Assembly (NCBI GenBank): GCA_039630415.1
Contig: JBCNVB010000018.1
Location: 1 to 64,000, forward strand
Direction of reading: 5' to 3'
Length of the DNA stretch: 64,000 nucleotides
Source: a bacterium
GTDB taxonomy: Bacteria > DRYD01
Position 1 is the first letter of the stretch. Every line of letters starts with the position of its first letter. Positions 57,270 to 64,000 of the stretch are shown here, one piece after another. Made by a program: the position numbers and the translations under genes. The notes below the pieces were generated by a model. The model saw only the letters and a list, made by a program, of their open reading frames with translations. It searched no databases and was not told the DNA's origin.

Positions 57270-58724
57270 CTATAATCTCCCCAACCATCTTTCAAAACTC
57301 TTTAAATGAACACTACAAAAACTATAAAAATTCACTACATAATCCGATTCCAAGTAAGGATTTGAAAAACTAAAAATATATACTCTTTTACCCTTGTTCC
57401 TTAACCTATCTATCAAAGCTTTATAACTGTTATCTATAACTAAGTATACTAAAAATATATCCTTCTGATTATGTACAAAAGCTTCTATTTCTTGGGTATT
57501 TGTAGGATCCTTTACGATTAGTACTTCTAACTCCTTGGATTTAAGTTTTTGAATATTTCTTATGTTATCGATAATTTTATGGCTTACTCCTATGGTTTCA
57601 AGGTAGTGGTTAGAAAACACTATGATTTTTAAGATTTGACTCAATTCTAAGAACTGCTTAAATGCTTGTTTATCACCTTTTTCTTTTATTGGTATATCGA
57701 ATTGATTGAACATCCATGTGTTTAAATCTTGTATGTATTGCAGATATTCCTCTTGTGTGTAGGTATGTAGATCAAACTTTTGGACAAATTTGTTGATCTT
57801 ATGGTATTTATCAATCAAGATGCTTTCAAGAAGAGGATCCTTTTCTGCTTGTTTAGCCAGGAAGTTTATAGAGTATAATTTTAATTGATCTTCTCCAAGT
57901 ATCAGAAGAATATCAACTCCCGCTCTTATCGCTTGTATTAAAGTTTCTTCCCAGTTAAAGTTTTGCATAGCCTTCATATTTAGAGCATCGGAGAAGATTA
58001 TACCTTCATAAGGTTGTATTAAGTCTATAGTTTTTTTGGATATGGTAGCTGGAAGAGTATCTATGTTTTTGTAAACTACGTGAGCAGTCATTATAGATGG
58101 TAAATGAGATTTATTTTGTAAGAAAGGGAATAGATGAGTTTGGTTAGCATACGAATATGGTAAGTCCAGATGGCTATCTTTATCTGTATCTCCATGCCCA
58201 GGAAAATGTTTCCCAGTACACATGAGGTTTACTTGATTATATGCCTTTATGTACTGCTGAGATAGTAGACTTACTTTTTCCGAATCTTCTCCAAAACTTC
58301 TTACCCCTATTATAGGGTTTTGATTGTTTGTATTTACATCCATTACTGGTGAAAAGTTAACATTGAACTCGAGGAATTTGAGTATCAAACCGTTTAATAT
58401 AGCTATCTTGTATGCGTCTGCTGGATCGTTTATAGAGTATTGGGAACAAACAGCGGGAAAATCTGGATAATCAAACCTATACACTACTCCACCCTCTTGA
58501 TCTATGCTTCTTAAAATTTCTAATCCATGAATAGATTTGTATTGCCTTTTATAGTAATCATTAGTTTCTTTTAATTTTTTCCATCCGTTAGGAGATTGAT
58601 CTATATCCTTGTAAAAGAGGATATACCCTGCAAAGGGGTACTTTAGTACAAAATCAGGATCATTGATATCGATTAGAATTAGTCTAGAAACTATCTCTTT
58701 AAGGTTTTGTGGTTTATTTTTCAT
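57270..58724 (-). CDS. GH3 beta-N-acetylhexosaminidase (NagZ-like)
   Basis: IDQEGG.V.R, NFSPVMDV, IGVRSFG, KHFPGHGDT..DSH, IMTAH, SDALNM motifs. Confidence 0.88.
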   Translation of the reverse strand: MKNKPQNLKEIVSRLILIDINDPDFVLKYPFAGYILFYKDIDQSPNGWKKLKETNDYYKRQYKSIHGLEILRSIDQEGGVVYRFDYPDFPAVCSQYSINDPADAYKIAILNGLILKFLEFNVNFSPVMDVNTNNQNPIIGVRSFGEDSEKVSLLSQQYIKAYNQVNLMCTGKHFPGHGDTDKDSHLDLPYSYANQTHLFPFLQNKSHLPSIMTAHVVYKNIDTLPATISKKTIDLIQPYEGIIFSDALNMKAMQNFNWEETLIQAIRAGVDILLILGEDQLKLYSINFLAKQAEKDPLLESILIDKYHKINKFVQKFDLHTYTQEEYLQYIQDLNTWMFNQFDIPIKEKGDKQAFKQFLELSQILKIIVFSNHYLETIGVSHKIIDNIRNIQKLKSKELEVLIVKDPTNTQEIEAFVHNQKDIFLVYLVIDNSYKALIDRLRNKGKRVYIFSFSNPYLESDYVVNFYSFCSVHLKSFERWLGRL

Positions 58725-59652
58725 ATTTAACCAGCGAGTAGAAAAGAAGTAGTAGGTTAGATGGTTTTTCAGCTAATCTTCTTACGAAGTATTCGTACCA
58801 TTCGCTACCTACGGGTATGTATATTCTTAGGTTATATCCTTGTTCTATTATCTTTTTTTGTAGGTCTTGTCTTACTCCATATAGCATTTGGAATTCAAAA
58901 TCATCTCTTGATATGCCTTTGTATTGGCAGTAGTTTTTTATTTTTTCAATTAATTTGTGATCATGAGTAGCAAAGGCAGGATAAACTTTACTTATATTGT
59001 CCAGTAGTTTAACAGCTATATTGTAATAATTTTCGTCTATTTTACTTTTTGATGGTAGAATTTTGTCAAAAGGTTCTTTATATGCTCCTTTACAAAGTCT
59101 TACGATCGGTTTTGAATCCCAATCAAAACTTAATATCCTGTCATCTATGTCTTTCATTGTTCGATATAGATAGGCTTGAAAAGTTATGTCTAAATTGTTG
59201 TACTTTAATTCTTTTCTGAAAAAGTCAAATATATTAAGTGTAGAATCTATCAAAACTGAATTTTCCATATCTATATGTATTCTGTTATTGCATGAATCGA
59301 GAATATTTTTCAAATTCTGCTTACATATGTTTTCTTCCAAAAGTATGCCCAATGCACTTAGCTTTACTGAAATTGATATGTTATTCAGCATAGATACCTT
59401 GTTTATTATTTCATTGAGATTTTGGATATATTTCTGCACCTTTTCAGAGTTGTTATATTGTTCTCCTAATAAGGATATTGTAATTCTATATCCTTGGTTA
59501 ATTAAATTTTGCATTTTTTGGATAAAGATATCGTCTACTTGTTCAGATCCTACATATCTAAAAGCCAGCTTTCTTATAGAATCTACTTTTGATATACCCC
59601 TCATAATGGGATTATCAAAGATAGATATAATTGCTTTTTTTATTAGTGACAT
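58714..59652 (-). CDS. Monofunctional proline dehydrogenase
   Basis: LGE, SVKLSALG, IDME, QAYLYRT, RLCKGAY.E, FATHD, EFQMLYG, Y..RRLAE.P.N motifs. Confidence 0.92.
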   Translation of the reverse strand: MSLIKKAIISIFDNPIMRGISKVDSIRKLAFRYVGSEQVDDIFIQKMQNLINQGYRITISLLGEQYNNSEKVQKYIQNLNEIINKVSMLNNISISVKLSALGILLEENICKQNLKNILDSCNNRIHIDMENSVLIDSTLNIFDFFRKELKYNNLDITFQAYLYRTMKDIDDRILSFDWDSKPIVRLCKGAYKEPFDKILPSKSKIDENYYNIAVKLLDNISKVYPAFATHDHKLIEKIKNYCQYKGISRDDFEFQMLYGVRQDLQKKIIEQGYNLRIYIPVGSEWYEYFVRRLAEKPSNLLLLFYSLVKYEK

Positions 59653-59654
59653 TA

Positions 59655-60443
59655 TTATCCTTTATTTTCGGTTAATGAGAATATTGAAAGGTAGGTGAAA
59701 AGTACAATAGATATGATAAAATATGCTATATTTTTAAGATCTATAACACCTTTAGATAGGTTCTCAAAGTTTGTTGATATAGATATAGCTTTTACGATAT
59801 TTTTGTAAGTTGGATTGGTAAAGTCTCCCGTAAATCCTATTAACCAAAATGTAAGGACCAGGAAGAGAGATATGAGCATGGCTACAAAAAATTCATCGGT
59901 TAAGGTTGATACAAATACTGACATCGATACAATTAGTGCTCCTATAAGTATTAGCCCTAAAAATCCAGTAGCTATCACTCCTAAATCCAACGTCCCTTTA
60001 TTGATGACAGTATATACAACTACGAAAAAGATTATATAAATCATAGCAAACGTTAAAAACATTAGGTACATTAGAAAAGTAGAAATCATTTTTCCTATAA
60101 CTAGTTCAATTTCCTTAAAAGGGTAGGTAAAAAGGAGTTCTATTGTTTTGAGTTTTCTTTCTTGAGCAAAAGATTTAGAGGCGATTATTGGAATAATCAG
60201 TACGCTTAGAAAAGCAACAAAGCCCATATAAGGGGTTACTATCATATCATTCACATTGAAATTCCTTGCAAAAGAGGGAAAACTAACAGCTACAAAAGCA
60301 GCTTGAAAAAATGCATAAATCGCACTAACAAAGAATATTGTCAAGAATAGTAAAGCCACAAACATCGATACAAACGGTAATATTGTAGAAGAACTCTCCA
60401 ATATATCCTTTTTTACTATCAACATAACTTTTCTAAAATCCAT
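59655..60443 (-). CDS. ABC-2 type permease (GldF-like)
   Basis: FAQERKLKTIELLFTYP, LVIGK, F.....GVID; about 6 TM helices; adjacent to the ATPase. Confidence 0.85.
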   Translation of the reverse strand: MDFRKVMLIVKKDILESSSTILPFVSMFVALLFLTIFFVSAIYAFFQAAFVAVSFPSFARNFNVNDMIVTPYMGFVAFLSVLIIPIIASKSFAQERKLKTIELLFTYPFKEIELVIGKMISTFLMYLMFLTFAMIYIIFFVVVYTVINKGTLDLGVIATGFLGLILIGALIVSMSVFVSTLTDEFFVAMLISLFLVLTFWLIGFTGDFTNPTYKNIVKAISISTNFENLSKGVIDLKNIAYFIISIVLFTYLSIFSLTENKG

Positions 60444-60464
60444 ACATTCATCCCCCTTTTAAGA

Positions 60465-61391
60465 CTATTGTATTGCTTTCAAAAATAAATCTTCCATCGT
60501 TATTGTATTTTTATTTATGTATAAGAACTCTATATTGTCTTCAACTAACTTTTTAGAAATTTCAAAAAGAATTCTTTCATCTTTTTTATTTATGTTGAAA
60601 GTTACCGAAGAGTCTTGGAATTGAACTTCGTGAATGTTGTAAGATTTGAGTATCTCTCGGATTTTGTCGTTAATCTCATTGTTTGTTTTTGAGAATATGT
60701 ACTCAACTTTAACTTCATTTTGTATTTGTTCTTTAAGATCCTTAACTCTTCCACTCATTCTTATTTTGCCCTCATGGATAATAACCAAATTGTCACAGAT
60801 AGCTTCTACTTCTTGCATTATGTGTGTACTGAGAATAATTGTTCGGTTTGCAGATAAGCTTTTAATTAGTTTTCTTATTTCTATTATTTGAGCTGGGTCT
60901 AATCCTTGAGTAGGTTCATCTAGTATTATAACTTTTGGATCTCCTATTATTGCCTGTGCTATACCTACCCTTTGCCTATACCCTTTAGATAGCTCCTTTA
61001 AGAATCTATTTTTGTATTTCTCTACCCCTACTTGGTTAATTACCTTTTCTACTTCTTCTTCCACATTTGGTACTTCTTTAGAAAGAGCTACGAATTTTAG
61101 AAAATCCAGTACTGTTAAGTTATCGTATATTGGGAAGTTTTCGGGTAGATAACCTATGAATTTCCTTACTTTATAGGGTTCCTGAATAGCATCTATTGAG
61201 TTAACATATACCTTTCCGCTGTTAGGTTTAAAGTAAGTTGTTATAATTTTCATAGTGGTTGTTTTTCCAGCTCCGTTTAGACCCAAAAATCCAGTTACTT
61301 TACCTTCTTCAAAATCTACCGTTACATCTTCTATACCTCTCATATCTCCGTATCTTTTTGTCACGTTCTCGAGGCTAACTATGTTACTCAT
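60465..61391 (-). CDS. ABC transporter ATP-binding protein (GldA-like)
   Basis: GLNGAGKTT, GYLPE, LSKGYRQRVG, LDEPT.GLDP, STH motifs. Confidence 0.92.
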   Translation of the reverse strand: MSNIVSLENVTKRYGDMRGIEDVTVDFEEGKVTGFLGLNGAGKTTTMKIITTYFKPNSGKVYVNSIDAIQEPYKVRKFIGYLPENFPIYDNLTVLDFLKFVALSKEVPNVEEEVEKVINQVGVEKYKNRFLKELSKGYRQRVGIAQAIIGDPKVIILDEPTQGLDPAQIIEIRKLIKSLSANRTIILSTHIMQEVEAICDNLVIIHEGKIRMSGRVKDLKEQIQNEVKVEYIFSKTNNEINDKIREILKSYNIHEVQFQDSSVTFNINKKDERILFEISKKLVEDNIEFLYINKNTITMEDLFLKAIQ

Positions 61392-61424
61392 ACCCACTTC
61401 CCCTTTTCTGTGTAATATATTTTT

Positions 61425-64000
<2,576 letters not shown>

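Noticed and set aside
57094..57373. ORFs 57094..57288 (-) and 57116..57373 (+)
   Set aside because: Both are translations across tRNA-Leu(TAG), with no protein-like features.

Overview
A very gene-dense, low-GC (about 30% by eye) bacterial chromosomal segment, mostly minus-strand genes, with very short or overlapping intergenic spacers. It holds about 63 CDSs and four tRNA genes without encoded CCA: Ser-GGA, Leu-CAA, Arg-CCT and Leu-TAG. Most CDSs are housekeeping (UvrD/PcrA helicase, secF, HtrA, pgi, kbl, apgM, LonC-like protease, PilC/GspF, pckA, frr, ftsY, rpmI, glyA, rph, clpC, nusA, rimP, uvrC, rseP, mtnP, dnaA, NagZ-like, proline dehydrogenase, atpD, pheT), and many sit outside their usual operons. 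The one coherent accessory module is a 7-gene sulfur/persulfide-handling operon (rhodanese-MBL fusion, TusA, DsrE2, YeiH, CstR-like repressor, two YeeE/YedE). Its upstream region carries eight closely spaced G-tracts, which could be an operator array and/or a G-quadruplex. Other notable items: a soluble histidine kinase with a degenerate GGDEF-like input domain that keeps an RxxD motif; a signal-peptide protein with a FrpC self-processing-module-like domain carrying Ser-Pro instead of Asp-Pro; an AccB-like protein lacking the biotinylated lysine; a HerA HAS-barrel protein with a lost P-loop; a likely arginine synthetase (ArcE)-family gene; and a candidate oriC plus a small ORF downstream of dnaA. 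I saw no CRISPR array, rRNA, integrase, transposase or prophage. All calls come from motif recognition by eye; no database searches were run.
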